A stretch of 64,000 bases of DNA from Flavobacterium sp. (GCF_027483985.1 NZ_JAIXTJ010000043.1:1400-65399), one strand, 5' to 3'. Counted from the stretch's first letter, positions 41,901-51,435 are shown. The notes: generated from the letters alone by a model not told the origin. Numbers and translations: made by a program.

Positions 41901-44803
41901 AAACTACATCATTAGTTAGCGTATTTGGTGGTTCCTCTTATGATAGTTTGGTTTGGTCGCCTTCTACAGGTGTTTCAGGATCGGTTGCAGCAGGATTTAC
42001 TTTTAATCCAACGGTTACTACTACCTATGTCTTGTTGGCTAATCAAACCACAGGTGCACAGTGTGGTAATTTAGCTACTTTGACCGTGGTAGTTAATCAA
42101 GCGCCGCCGATTGTTTCCATACTTCCTGTTAATCCTTCCATTTGTCAAGGAACGGTGCAGCCTTTATTAGGAAGTACGAGCATCGCTAGTCCAGCAGTAT
42201 TGATTAATGAAAATTTTAATGCTCCGACCAATAATTGGGTTGTAGCAAATAGTTCTACTGGCGGCAATACTTTGGCGTCGCAATGGACTTTGAGGCCAGC
42301 AGGCTATAATTACATTAATGGTTTTGGTTGGAATGTTACTTTCAATAGTAATGATAATTCCCAATTTTATTTAGCCAATTCTGATTCGCAAAGTGGTACC
42401 GCGGGTACGATTACAAGAACTACTTTAACTTCGCCTTCCTTTAATTTGGAAGGATTTACGTCAGCGAATTTGAGTTTTTATCATTATATTAATGCTATTG
42501 CGTTTGATAAATTTGAAGTACAAATCACTTCTGACAATGGCGTTACTTGGACTAATTTACAAAACTATACTGTTTTGCAAGGCGGACCAGGTGCTTTTTC
42601 TAATGTGGTTATAGACTTAGCGGCTTATTTAGGCTTGCCTGATTTAAAGATTCGTTTTAATTATTTTTCAAATTGGGGTTACTGTTGGGCTTTGGATAAT
42701 GTAAGAGTAGCAGGAACTTTGACCGCTGCTTTAACCTGGTCTCCGATTACTGATTTATATTCTGATCCAGCAGGAACAATACCTTATGTTGCCAATACGC
42801 CTGCCACTGTTGTTTATTCAAAACCAACGAATACCATAACTTATACGGCCACTTTAACTGGGTCTAATGGTTGTTTGCGAGTTGTTACTAACACGTTGAC
42901 TGTTTCACCACAAACTGTTGCTGGAGTGCTTTCCAGTGACCAATCCATTTGTACTGGAACACCTGCAAATAATCTTGTTTTGACGGGAAGTGTGGGAAGT
43001 ATTTTGCGATGGGAATATGCTAATGATGCTGCTTTTACCTCTGGAGTAACTACCATTGCTAATACCACAACCATCTTAACTCCAGCGCAAATGGGTGTCT
43101 TTGCAACCATTCGTTATTTTAGAGCAGTTGTTAGAAGTGGTGTGTGTAGTCAACTTTATTCTAATGTGGTTTTTGTAGCTTTTTATTCCACTACTTGGAA
43201 TGGTACCTCTTGGAGTAATGGTGTGCCTAATGCTACTACAAGAGCTATATTTGCTGGTAATTATACATCGACTGGTGATTTATATGCTTGTTCTGTTCGT
43301 GTAAGCGCAGGAACGGTTACTTTTAATGCTAATCATTCGTTGGTAGTCACCAATGATGTTACGGTTGTAGCAGGCGCTTTGATTTTTAATACTACTTCAA
43401 GTTTGGTTCAATTGAATAATGCTGCGGTTAATGCCGGGAATATTACTTACCGACGATCTGCTATGCCTATGACTAAATTTGATTATACTTATTGGTCTTC
43501 TCCTGTAGCGAATCAAGTGTTGTCTACCTTTTCGCCTTTGACTCCATCAGATAAATTTTTTGAATTTAGTCCAGCCCTTGGAAATTGGTCCAATGTAGCT
43601 CCGAGTTCCGGTATGGCTTTGGGTAAAGGATATATTATTCGCGCTCCTAATAATTATAGTTTGGTTACGCCTTCGGTATATAATGCAAGTTTTGTTGGTG
43701 TACCTAATAATGGTATTATTACAACTCCGGTTTCGGTTGCTGCAAGTACTTTTAATTTGTTAGGAAATCCTTATCCAAGTGCTGTGAGTGCTGATTTATT
43801 TTTATCCGATCCTTTAAATGTTGGTGTAGTGGATGCTTCTATTTATTTGTGGACGCACAACACTCCAATTTTGGCGGGTCAGTATACTAATAATGATTAT
43901 GCGATTTATAATTATTTAGGAGGAACAGGAACCAGTTCGGCACCTAATACGGGCATTAATAACACTGTTCCAAATGGCAAAATTGCTTCAGGGCAAGGAT
44001 TTTTTGTTAAAGGATTAGCAAGCGGCGTGGCAACCTTTAGAAATGCTATGCGTTTGGTTGGAGATAACAATCAGTTTTTTAGAATGCAAGCGCCGACTGT
44101 AGGAACAGGTTCGGTATTAACTTCGATTGAAAAACATAGGATTTGGCTTGATATTGTTAATGATCAAGGCAATTACAAGCAGACTTTAGTTGGTTATGCT
44201 ACGAATGCGACTATGGGAATTGATCGTGGTTATGATAGTGATTATCTTAATGTTGGGAATCCTGTTTCTTTATATTCGTTAGCTCCAACGTTGTCTACTT
44301 TATCTATACAAGGACGTTCTTTGCCTTTTTCTGATTTGGATGAGGTGCCTTTAGGATTTTATACCGCTTCTTCGGGAGAATTTACTATTAATCTGTATGA
44401 TTTTGATGGGTTGTTTTTGAATCAATCTATTTATTTGAAGGATAAAGTTACCGATATTATTCACGATTTGAAACAGTCTTCTTATGTGTTTAGATCAAAT
44501 GCAGGAACGTTTAACGAACGTTTTGTTTTAGTGTATCGCAATGGTGCGTTGTCTGTTTCTTCTGCTTCTTTTAATAGCGATGCTATAGTTTTATATAAAC
44601 CTGCGCAAGAGCTTTTTATTGATTCGGGTGCTGCTCTTATGCAGTCGATTAGAGTGTTTGATGTTCGAGGAAGGCTATTGCTTGAAAAGAAGGACATTAA
44701 CGCGACTAGAACTTCTTTTGATGCTGGTACTACCAACCAGGTTTTATTGATTGAGATTACTTCTAGTGACGGATTGAAGGTTACTAAGAAGTACGTTAAT
44801 TAG
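38963..44803 (+). CDS. Giant T9SS surface protein (1946 aa): FN3, adhesin-like beta-sandwich and Ig-like domains, YTYWSSPV module, ChiA-like (type C) sorting domain
   Basis: Signal peptide (AIA-Q), GLTSGTTYYYWV-type FN3 ends, C-terminus VFDVRGRLLLEK...KVTKKYVN. Confidence 0.88.
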   Translation: MLPRKKNTFTSFIVALLLVLFGTTSAIAQVNAYTLTQSVVGFTPLPVTATTAIAAPWDNSGAIQVPIGFTFNYDSVNFTQCYISPNGFITFGTVVPSAVNYTPLSDNTTYNGAIGGGVISALGTDLVSSVSNPAAIVYAVEGVAPNRTFIVQWTRANRKAAVGDLDFQIRLSETTNEILLVYGNCDTTLSTTTVNVQVGLRGQNSDFNQGNVFNRFQGSNQLWSVTGATVNGTLNNHTLLTNPSAFPPFGFQYLYVPGPPCVTPPSQATGLIIGGTGITSNSFLGNTFTAANPAPSKYLIVRSTVNTPPTSATFINRNIYNVGFNYGAAPVYRVVANSNLTTFNQTGLTSGTTYYYWVISFNEKCAGGPFYNLVDPLFGSATTCFQSAVANAAVAVGGNEFTANWNPVAGATGYALDISTSSAFTTFLPGYNNLILGSGVTSQVVSGLLPFTTYYYRVRALGPGCIINSNTITVATTCGFYTIPYVQNFDLTPVGSVPTCFSVLNANADTNQWRTQSLNFASASRSIQIDKNATVDMNDWFFLPGLSLTGGVSYRLKFSYNTGNTASNSENLSVLYGTSQSVAGMTTTLTTLTSFDNSFYETTQVDFTPLNSGVFYIGFRGNSIANQTYIVIDDISVTPSPSCIEPTEVLTTAITSTTTSLSWIPSTIPPALGYEYFLSTTATPPTALTVPTGSVGAGVTTLNLTGLNPSTSYYIWIRGNCSSSDKSVWSVEETFNTECSTPIITSTIAATRCGYGTVNLVANPSSGSSIRWFDSMTSGAQVGSGTTFTTAPLSATTTYYAEARAFGAIVKLGPSNPTTQLGVKGLQNYQGFVNFTVHTVTSLQSVDIFPIASGQAGKLVIRNSANITLASFNFTTSVAGGSTLQQIIMNYNLLPGVYNLYFDTLPASGLRMNTTNSSYPYVSSVASIEGNSIDGNFNLGAYNWRFTTECLSGRVPVTATVSAPPALSLSASTLTICENETTSLVSVFGGSSYDSLVWSPSTGVSGSVAAGFTFNPTVTTTYVLLANQTTGAQCGNLATLTVVVNQAPPIVSILPVNPSICQGTVQPLLGSTSIASPAVLINENFNAPTNNWVVANSSTGGNTLASQWTLRPAGYNYINGFGWNVTFNSNDNSQFYLANSDSQSGTAGTITRTTLTSPSFNLEGFTSANLSFYHYINAIAFDKFEVQITSDNGVTWTNLQNYTVLQGGPGAFSNVVIDLAAYLGLPDLKIRFNYFSNWGYCWALDNVRVAGTLTAALTWSPITDLYSDPAGTIPYVANTPATVVYSKPTNTITYTATLTGSNGCLRVVTNTLTVSPQTVAGVLSSDQSICTGTPANNLVLTGSVGSILRWEYANDAAFTSGVTTIANTTTILTPAQMGVFATIRYFRAVVRSGVCSQLYSNVVFVAFYSTTWNGTSWSNGVPNATTRAIFAGNYTSTGDLYACSVRVSAGTVTFNANHSLVVTNDVTVVAGALIFNTTSSLVQLNNAAVNAGNITYRRSAMPMTKFDYTYWSSPVANQVLSTFSPLTPSDKFFEFSPALGNWSNVAPSSGMALGKGYIIRAPNNYSLVTPSVYNASFVGVPNNGIITTPVSVAASTFNLLGNPYPSAVSADLFLSDPLNVGVVDASIYLWTHNTPILAGQYTNNDYAIYNYLGGTGTSSAPNTGINNTVPNGKIASGQGFFVKGLASGVATFRNAMRLVGDNNQFFRMQAPTVGTGSVLTSIEKHRIWLDIVNDQGNYKQTLVGYATNATMGIDRGYDSDYLNVGNPVSLYSLAPTLSTLSIQGRSLPFSDLDEVPLGFYTASSGEFTINLYDFDGLFLNQSIYLKDKVTDIIHDLKQSSYVFRSNAGTFNERFVLVYRNGALSVSSASFNSDAIVLYKPAQELFIDSGAALMQSIRVFDVRGRLLLEKKDINATRTSFDAGTTNQVLLIEITSSDGLKVTKKYVN

Positions 44804-44876
44804 TGATTAGTCCTTAGTGATTAGTCCTTAGTGATTAGTCCTTAGTGATTGGTTCTTAGTGATTAGTAATTAGTTT
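44800..44876 (+). repeat. Heptamer array (TTAGTGA TTAGTCC)n, 11 units
   Basis: In-phase TTAGTNN units; the first unit contains the TAG stop of the 1946-aa gene. Confidence 0.92.
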
Positions 44877-44894
44877 TCTGTTTCAGTTTTTTTT

Positions 44895-45030
44895 GGAGTT
44901 TCTTTGGTTAGTTTCTTGTGGGATGTTTCCTTTGTCAACATGACAAATTGGGGTGGAGTTTCTTTGTGGAGTTTCTTTGTTGAGTTTTGCTGTTGAGTTT
45001 CGTTGGTTGGTTTCTGGTGGGATGTTTTCT
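44895..45030. repeat. Solo copy of the 60-bp array unit
   Basis: GTGGGATGTTTCCTTTGTCAACATGACAAATTGGGGTGGAGTTTCTTTGTGGAGTTTCT. Confidence 0.85.
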
Positions 45031-45190
45031 TCTTTTTTTGATATTGTTTGGTTGGTTCTAGATTAAATACCTCTTTTATAGACTAATTACCTGCAAGGTG
45101 GGTTATAACGAGTTTTGGTGCTATTCATCGAATATATTTTATTTCTCGTTGTTGCGGCTGTAGTTTTGCTCCAGAAATTAAAACAAAGCA

Positions 45191-45553
45191 ATGAATACAA
45201 CGACTCCATCAACATCATTTATCTCTGAAAACAGAATGTTTTTAGTTATTCTTTTTGTTGTGTTTTTATTATCAAGTGTTCAAACGTTTGGTCAGACTTC
45301 TGTCACTGCTGAGGTTTGTGAGACTACTGCTGTTTCTGTTGTAACTGAATCGGCTGTTGCTTTTGAATCAGATGTTGATTTTGTGAATTGGTTTATGGGT
45401 TCTAAACAAACTCAAAATATTAACAGATCTTCTGAATCTGCTACTAAAATTTCTACAAAAAAACAGATTATTTCTTCGGGTGTTACGCCAAACAAAGTGC
45501 TTTACAGAACTTTTATGAAACGTGTACTTAGTCAAGAAATAGCTATCGCTTGA
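45191..45553 (+). CDS. Small conserved Flavobacterium hypothetical protein (FVNWFMGSKQ...KKQIISSGVTPN)
   Basis: Signal-like N-terminus (TFG-Q), its own terminator; motif recalled from Flavobacterium hypothetical proteins. Confidence 0.75.
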   Translation: MNTTTPSTSFISENRMFLVILFVVFLLSSVQTFGQTSVTAEVCETTAVSVVTESAVAFESDVDFVNWFMGSKQTQNINRSSESATKISTKKQIISSGVTPNKVLYRTFMKRVLSQEIAIA

Positions 45554-45588
45554 GTTAGGTTAGAATCAATATAGTTAGGTTAGTTTAG

Positions 45589-45623
45589 AAAAAAAGCTTC
45601 TCCATTTTTGGGAAGCTTTTTTT
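45589..45623 (+). terminator. Terminator after the 120-aa gene
   Basis: AAAAAGCTTCTCCA / TGGGAAGCTTTTT. Confidence 0.82.
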
Positions 45624-45787
45624 GTATCTTTTACTTTTTTGTGGTACTCTTTATTACTATCTATATAATAGGTGTTAAATTATTGAAAAATTATAATTAT
45701 CAAAATAGACTACCAATTTGTTCCATATTATATTAATGAGCGTATTTCTTACTTTTGAATTGGTGTGTTTTTAAATGTAACGTGTTT

Positions 45788-45820
45788 TTTATCGATTATA
45801 TAATGCATTTTGTCGATTTA
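45788..45820 (+). promoter_or_regulatory. Putative LytTR-type direct repeat
   Basis: TTTATCGATTA (ATCG at 45791) and TTTGTCGATTT (GTCG at 45812), 21-bp period. Confidence 0.45.
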
Positions 45821-45917
45821 TCAGTTAGACAGTTACTTATATCAAAATTTTACAAAAAAATAATGTATTTTTATACACTTAATTAAGTTTATAATTGTAT
45901 CCCAAAATAAAAATGCT

Positions 45918-48900
45918 ATGATAGTATCATTACTTGAAAAACTAACAACTACTTTTTTTAAAACTACTGCGATTAAAACCCTACTTTTAGTTGTATTAGG
46001 TCTTTTTACCACAATTAGTGTAACTGGACAGGTGAGTTCGTATACAGTAACTGCAGTAACAAATGCATATGCCCCGTTGCCCTCTCCTGTTGGAGGTGCT
46101 AATAAGATCGCACTTTCATCAACATCTACGGCAACAGATGATCAGATTATGGCATTGCCATTGCCTTTTAATTTTACCTTTAATGGTGCTACTTATCCTG
46201 CATTGACCAATGTCCAAGTTTCGATGAATGGTTTTATGACTTTCGGAGCTACATTGCCAAGTACCACTAATTATATTCCTTTATCAAGTACTGAAGCTTA
46301 TGCAGGTGCAATTGCTGTTTATGGAAGAGATATGGATTTGTTGGTTCCAAATAATGCAGCCATTAATGTTTCATATATTGTAACTGGAACAAGTCCGAAT
46401 AGAATATTAAAAGTTGATTGGGGTATTAGAAGATCTAATGGTGCCTTAACTGGTTTGGATACAGGCAATATGCAAATGCAAATTTGGCTTTATGAGACAT
46501 CAAATATTGTTGAGTTGCATTACAATAACTTTGCTCCAAATGGTAATGGAACCGGACAGATTGGTTTAAGAGGAAGTAGTAATGCTGATTTTAAAAATTT
46601 TGCTTTTCCCACTCCTACGACTGACTGGCCTACGACAATACTACCTGCGGGTTCAGCTAATGGCGATTTAGTAAGAATTAAACCAACACCTGGTATTATT
46701 GCGATGGGAAGTGCTAGATCTTTCCGTTTTACGCCTGATCCTTGTCCGAGTCCTTCTTCCGTTACTGTTTCTGGTGTAGCTATTACTACAGCTAATGTTA
46801 ACTTTGTGGCACCTTCGGTTGCTCCATCAAATGGTTATGTTTATGAGGTTAGAACTAGTGGTTTGCCAGGAAGTGGTGCAACAGGTTTAGCACAAAGTGG
46901 TACTGTTCCGTCTAATCCTTTTACGATTAGTAGTTTAATAGGTAATACGACATATCGAGTTTATGTTCGTTCTTTTTGCGGTGGAAGTACTTTTGGTTCT
47001 TGGGTTGCCTCAACTCCTTTTACTACTTTTTGTTCTGCTGTGAATACGGCTTATATTGAAGATTTTGATCCTTTTAGTAATCCTTATACTGCTCCGGCTA
47101 TTCCGCCTTGTACTACAAGACAAAATACTTTGGGTAATCAATGGGTTACAACAACAGGTCCTGTGGGTGCGAATTTTTTAAGTGAACATTTGATTTATAA
47201 TTTCCATCCTGTGGAAGCGGCTAATGCTTGGTTTTACACACGAGGAATTAATTTGATTGCTGGAAATGAGTATACTATAGATTATTTGTATGGAGGTTCT
47301 TCTCAAAATACTTTGATAACCAATAAACTTGAGGTAAAATATGGTTTAGCTCCAACGGCTAGTGCTATGGTTTATCCAGTAGATAATCATCCGGTTATTA
47401 AAACTTCAAACTTCAATAATATTGTAAACTTTACTGCACCGACAACAGGTGTATATTATTTTGGTTTCCACGCTTATTCTGATGCCAATAATGGTGAGAT
47501 TTATTTAGATGATATTCAGGTTTATGATTCAAATTGTAAGAAACCAACTGGTTTAACTGTTCCTCCTGCTTTAGTTTCTTTTAATAGTGCTTTAGTTTCG
47601 TGGACAGCTCCTTCGCCAGCTCCAGGAGGAGGTTATACTTACTTTTTAAGTACTACCAATCCTGTTAAAACAGCTGGTTCATTTGTGATTGGAGCTACTT
47701 ATGTGATTACCGCTGTGAATACTACCAATTTTACATTAATAGGAGCTAGTTCGAATACTGTTGGTACAGCTTTTATCGCTACTGGTGTAGGAACTGGAAC
47801 TGGAACTGCTACTGAGCAATTATCTAATAATGCCGCAGGAACAGGTACTGTTGGGGCAGGTGCTACTGTAGCCAACTTGTCTGGTTTAACTCCGTCAACC
47901 ACTTATTATTTTTGGGTAAGAGGCAACTGTTCAGCAGGATATAACAGTCAGTGGTCTGATTATGTAACTTTTACTACAGCAATTGCTCCGCCTACTTATT
48001 GTTCGCCATCAGGTGGAGGAAATACTCAAGATCCGAATGGTATTACTAATGTAACTATGGGTACGATTAATAATACTACAGGTATTGAGGCAAATAATTA
48101 TGGAAACTATTCTAGTTTGAGTACGAATGTGGCTCAAGGTGCTACTATTCCTGTGAATATAACTTTTGGAACAGGATTTACTTATGATACTAACATTTGG
48201 GTGGATTGGAATAATGATGGTGATTTTGATGATGCTGGCGAATCGGTTTACACCGGAGTTTCAGCTGCTCCGAATCCATCGACTTTAAATGCTAGTTTTA
48301 CTGTTCCTTTGGCTCAGCCACTTGGACCGAGACGTATGCGTATTGGAGGTATTGACGCCCCAACTTTTACAGGAGGACCTTTAACGCCTTGTAGAGTGGG
48401 TGCATATCAAGCCTATGAAGATTATTCTATTAATGTTGTTGTTGCACCGCCAGCTTTAACATTAAGTTCTAACACTAGTACCCAATGCGCTAATATTGCA
48501 TCGCCTTTAGTAACAATTACTGCGGGTCTTGCAGATTATGACACATTTTCTTGGAGTCCACCAGGTGGTGTTACGGGTACACCAGCATCAGGATATACCT
48601 TTAGAAATACTTCAAATACTACTTATACTTTAACAGCGAATCAAACAAGCGGTGCTTTTAGTACGAATTCTGTTTCTTTTGTTTATGTTGCTAATGATGT
48701 TCCTACACCGATAACAATTACTGCACCATCTGGTACGGTATCTTGTGCTGGTGGCGCGGGAATTCCATTAACAGCTTCTGGAGGAGTAGTTTCAAATATT
48801 ACCATTTTCAATGAAGATTTTAACTCTGGATTAGGAGCTTGGACTACTTCAAATACTTCGTCAGGAGGAGCAAATGCTGCTGCACCAGCTTGGACTGTAC

Positions 48901-51386
48901 GTCCAAATGGTTCTGCGGTTTCGTTTTCTACTCTATTTAGTAATGATAATTCTCAGTTTGTGGTTTCTAATTCCGATGCACAAGGAGGAACACCTTCGCC
49001 GAGTGTTACGCGTACTTCAATGGTATCGCCAGCGATTAATTTAACTGGATACCAAACGGCTTCTTTAAGTTTTTATCACTTTTTTAATTGGTTTGCAGCG
49101 AGTGATATTGCTACTGTAGATGTTTCGACTTCAGCAACAGGACCTTGGACTTCTTTAAATAGTTATACTGCTGATCAAGGAACTGCTTCTAACTTTGCTT
49201 TGGCCATTGTTAATTTGAATGCTTACGTCGGTCAGACTATCTATATTCGTTTTAATTATCAATCCAACTGGGGTTGGTGGTGGGCACTTGACAATGTAAA
49301 AGTTGCTGGTAGTGCTACCTCTTCAATTGTTTGGACGCCAGTGACTGGACTGTTTAATGATGCAGCAGCTACTTCGCCCTATGTAGCAGGTACTGGTGCT
49401 AATACTGTTTATGCTAGTACAGCCGTGCCGACTACTTATACTGCTTCTGCTAGCACACCTGGTCCAACAATTTGTTCTGCTACAAATACAGTGTCTGTGA
49501 CAGTAGCTTCGGTTACTGCAGGAACGGCTTCAAGTAATCAAACTATTTGTTCGGGAGCTCCTGCTAATTTAACCGTAAGTGGTGCTGTTGGAACGGTTTT
49601 AAGATGGCAGTATTCTAACACCTTAGCTTTTACTACTCCAATTGATATTCCTACAAGTGCTTCTACGACCTTAACTTCTGCACAAATGGGTTCATTGAAT
49701 GCTACAAGATATTACAGAGCAGTAGTTTCTAATGGTGGTTGTACAGGATTTTCAAATGTAGTTACGATTACCTTACTTGATACCACTTGGGATGGTTCGG
49801 GTTGGAGTAATGGTACGCCAAGTGCCAGTGTGGCAGCTGTTTTTGATGGCGATTACACTTCAACAGGAGATTTGACGGCTTGTTCGGTATTTATTTCTAG
49901 TGGTGATGTTATTTTTATGCCAGGACATTCTTTGATTGTTCAAAACGCAGTTAATACTTCTGGAGGTACTTTGACATTTGAAAATAATGCTAGTTTGGTA
50001 CAAGTGGTAAATGGTGTTTCTAATACGGGACCAATTACTTATAAACGTAATACTACACCTGTTAGAAAATTTGATTATACTTATTGGTCTTCGCCAGTTG
50101 CGCCACAAACTATGGTTGCATTTTCACCTTTGACTCAATATGATAAATATTATTCTTTTAACCCAGCTATTAATCAATATGTGAGCGAGCCGAGTACTAA
50201 TTTAATGATCGCCGGTAAAGGTTACATTATCCGTGCTCCAAATACCCACGATCCGATTACCCCATCTATCTTTAATGGAGTTTTTGCTGGTGTACCTAAT
50301 AATGGTGTTATTAATGCACCAATTGTACTAGGTGCTACAGATGTGAACTTGATTGGTAATCCTTATCCGAGTGCTATTGATATTGACTTATTCTTTGATT
50401 TCAATGGAATCACAACAGGTACAGGAGTAGTTGATAAAACTATCTACTTGTGGACACATAATACTATTATTACTAACAACAATTATACTAATAGTGACTA
50501 TGCAGTATATAATTATATGGGAGGTGTTGGTACGTCTGGTGCTCCGGGAGCTAACAATGCTGTACCAAATGGTAATGTTGCTGCTGGTCAAGGGTTCTTT
50601 ATAAAAGGTTTCTTGAATGGAAATGCTGTGTTCAATAATTCAATGCGTATAACAGGAAATAACAATCAGTTTTTTAGATATAACAATTCGGCTACTTCAG
50701 TTAATGCGGGTAATAAGAGTCGCGTTTGGTTAGAATTGTTTAATAATCAAGGTGCTTACAAGCAAACGCTTGTTGGTTATGCTGCTGGTGCTACAGATGC
50801 TTATGATAGTGGTTATGATGGTGATGTTGTGAATGCAGGAAACGCTGTAAATTTCTATTCTACTTTAGGAACTCAAAATTTAGCTATACAAGGTCGTGGT
50901 TTACCTTTTAATGAAAATGACGTTGTGCCTTTAGGTTATAGCAGTACTGCTGCTGGTTCGTTTGAAATTAAATTGTCTAATTTTGATGGTATTTTTGATA
51001 CTCAAAAAGTGTTTTTAGAAGATAAGTTATTAAATGTGATGCACAATTTAAAACTTAGTAATTATGCTTTTACTACTAATGCTGGTACTTTTAACGATCG
51101 TTTTGTTTTACGATTTACTTCAAGTGCTTTAGCTGTTGTAGATCAAACTTTTACCGAGGAGAGTTTGTTAGTTGTAAAAGAAAATCAAACTATCCATTTG
51201 AATTCTTCTTTAACTCCGATGAAGTCGATTCAAGTTTATGATATCAGAGGCAGTTTATTGTATTCTAACAATGCTGTTAATGCTACTGATTTTAAAATTA
51301 CTTCTCTTCATTCTTCGCAACAAGTATTGTTGGTGAATGTTGTTTCTACTGATGGGATATTAGTAACAAAGAAGTTAATTTTTTAA
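45918..51386 (+). CDS. Giant T9SS surface protein (1822 aa), paralogue of 38963-44803, with a GEVED domain
   Basis: FN3 domains, WVDWNNDGDFDDAGE...AYEDY, YTYWSSPV module, C-terminus VYDIRGSLLY...LVTKKLIF. Confidence 0.88.
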   Translation: MIVSLLEKLTTTFFKTTAIKTLLLVVLGLFTTISVTGQVSSYTVTAVTNAYAPLPSPVGGANKIALSSTSTATDDQIMALPLPFNFTFNGATYPALTNVQVSMNGFMTFGATLPSTTNYIPLSSTEAYAGAIAVYGRDMDLLVPNNAAINVSYIVTGTSPNRILKVDWGIRRSNGALTGLDTGNMQMQIWLYETSNIVELHYNNFAPNGNGTGQIGLRGSSNADFKNFAFPTPTTDWPTTILPAGSANGDLVRIKPTPGIIAMGSARSFRFTPDPCPSPSSVTVSGVAITTANVNFVAPSVAPSNGYVYEVRTSGLPGSGATGLAQSGTVPSNPFTISSLIGNTTYRVYVRSFCGGSTFGSWVASTPFTTFCSAVNTAYIEDFDPFSNPYTAPAIPPCTTRQNTLGNQWVTTTGPVGANFLSEHLIYNFHPVEAANAWFYTRGINLIAGNEYTIDYLYGGSSQNTLITNKLEVKYGLAPTASAMVYPVDNHPVIKTSNFNNIVNFTAPTTGVYYFGFHAYSDANNGEIYLDDIQVYDSNCKKPTGLTVPPALVSFNSALVSWTAPSPAPGGGYTYFLSTTNPVKTAGSFVIGATYVITAVNTTNFTLIGASSNTVGTAFIATGVGTGTGTATEQLSNNAAGTGTVGAGATVANLSGLTPSTTYYFWVRGNCSAGYNSQWSDYVTFTTAIAPPTYCSPSGGGNTQDPNGITNVTMGTINNTTGIEANNYGNYSSLSTNVAQGATIPVNITFGTGFTYDTNIWVDWNNDGDFDDAGESVYTGVSAAPNPSTLNASFTVPLAQPLGPRRMRIGGIDAPTFTGGPLTPCRVGAYQAYEDYSINVVVAPPALTLSSNTSTQCANIASPLVTITAGLADYDTFSWSPPGGVTGTPASGYTFRNTSNTTYTLTANQTSGAFSTNSVSFVYVANDVPTPITITAPSGTVSCAGGAGIPLTASGGVVSNITIFNEDFNSGLGAWTTSNTSSGGANAAAPAWTVRPNGSAVSFSTLFSNDNSQFVVSNSDAQGGTPSPSVTRTSMVSPAINLTGYQTASLSFYHFFNWFAASDIATVDVSTSATGPWTSLNSYTADQGTASNFALAIVNLNAYVGQTIYIRFNYQSNWGWWWALDNVKVAGSATSSIVWTPVTGLFNDAAATSPYVAGTGANTVYASTAVPTTYTASASTPGPTICSATNTVSVTVASVTAGTASSNQTICSGAPANLTVSGAVGTVLRWQYSNTLAFTTPIDIPTSASTTLTSAQMGSLNATRYYRAVVSNGGCTGFSNVVTITLLDTTWDGSGWSNGTPSASVAAVFDGDYTSTGDLTACSVFISSGDVIFMPGHSLIVQNAVNTSGGTLTFENNASLVQVVNGVSNTGPITYKRNTTPVRKFDYTYWSSPVAPQTMVAFSPLTQYDKYYSFNPAINQYVSEPSTNLMIAGKGYIIRAPNTHDPITPSIFNGVFAGVPNNGVINAPIVLGATDVNLIGNPYPSAIDIDLFFDFNGITTGTGVVDKTIYLWTHNTIITNNNYTNSDYAVYNYMGGVGTSGAPGANNAVPNGNVAAGQGFFIKGFLNGNAVFNNSMRITGNNNQFFRYNNSATSVNAGNKSRVWLELFNNQGAYKQTLVGYAAGATDAYDSGYDGDVVNAGNAVNFYSTLGTQNLAIQGRGLPFNENDVVPLGYSSTAAGSFEIKLSNFDGIFDTQKVFLEDKLLNVMHNLKLSNYAFTTNAGTFNDRFVLRFTSSALAVVDQTFTEESLLVVKENQTIHLNSSLTPMKSIQVYDIRGSLLYSNNAVNATDFKITSLHSSQQVLLVNVVSTDGILVTKKLIF

Positions 51387-51398
51387 AAATATCTTTTT

Positions 51399-51435
51399 AA
51401 AAAGCCCATACAAATTGCATTTGTATGGGCTTTTT
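51399..51435 (+). terminator. Terminator after the 1822-aa gene
   Basis: AAAAAGCCCATACAA / TTGTATGGGCTTTTT. Confidence 0.9.

Noticed and set aside
45553-45590. AGTTAGGTTAG repeated twice after the 120-aa gene
   Set aside because: Only two short copies with a 20-bp period; too little to call an element.
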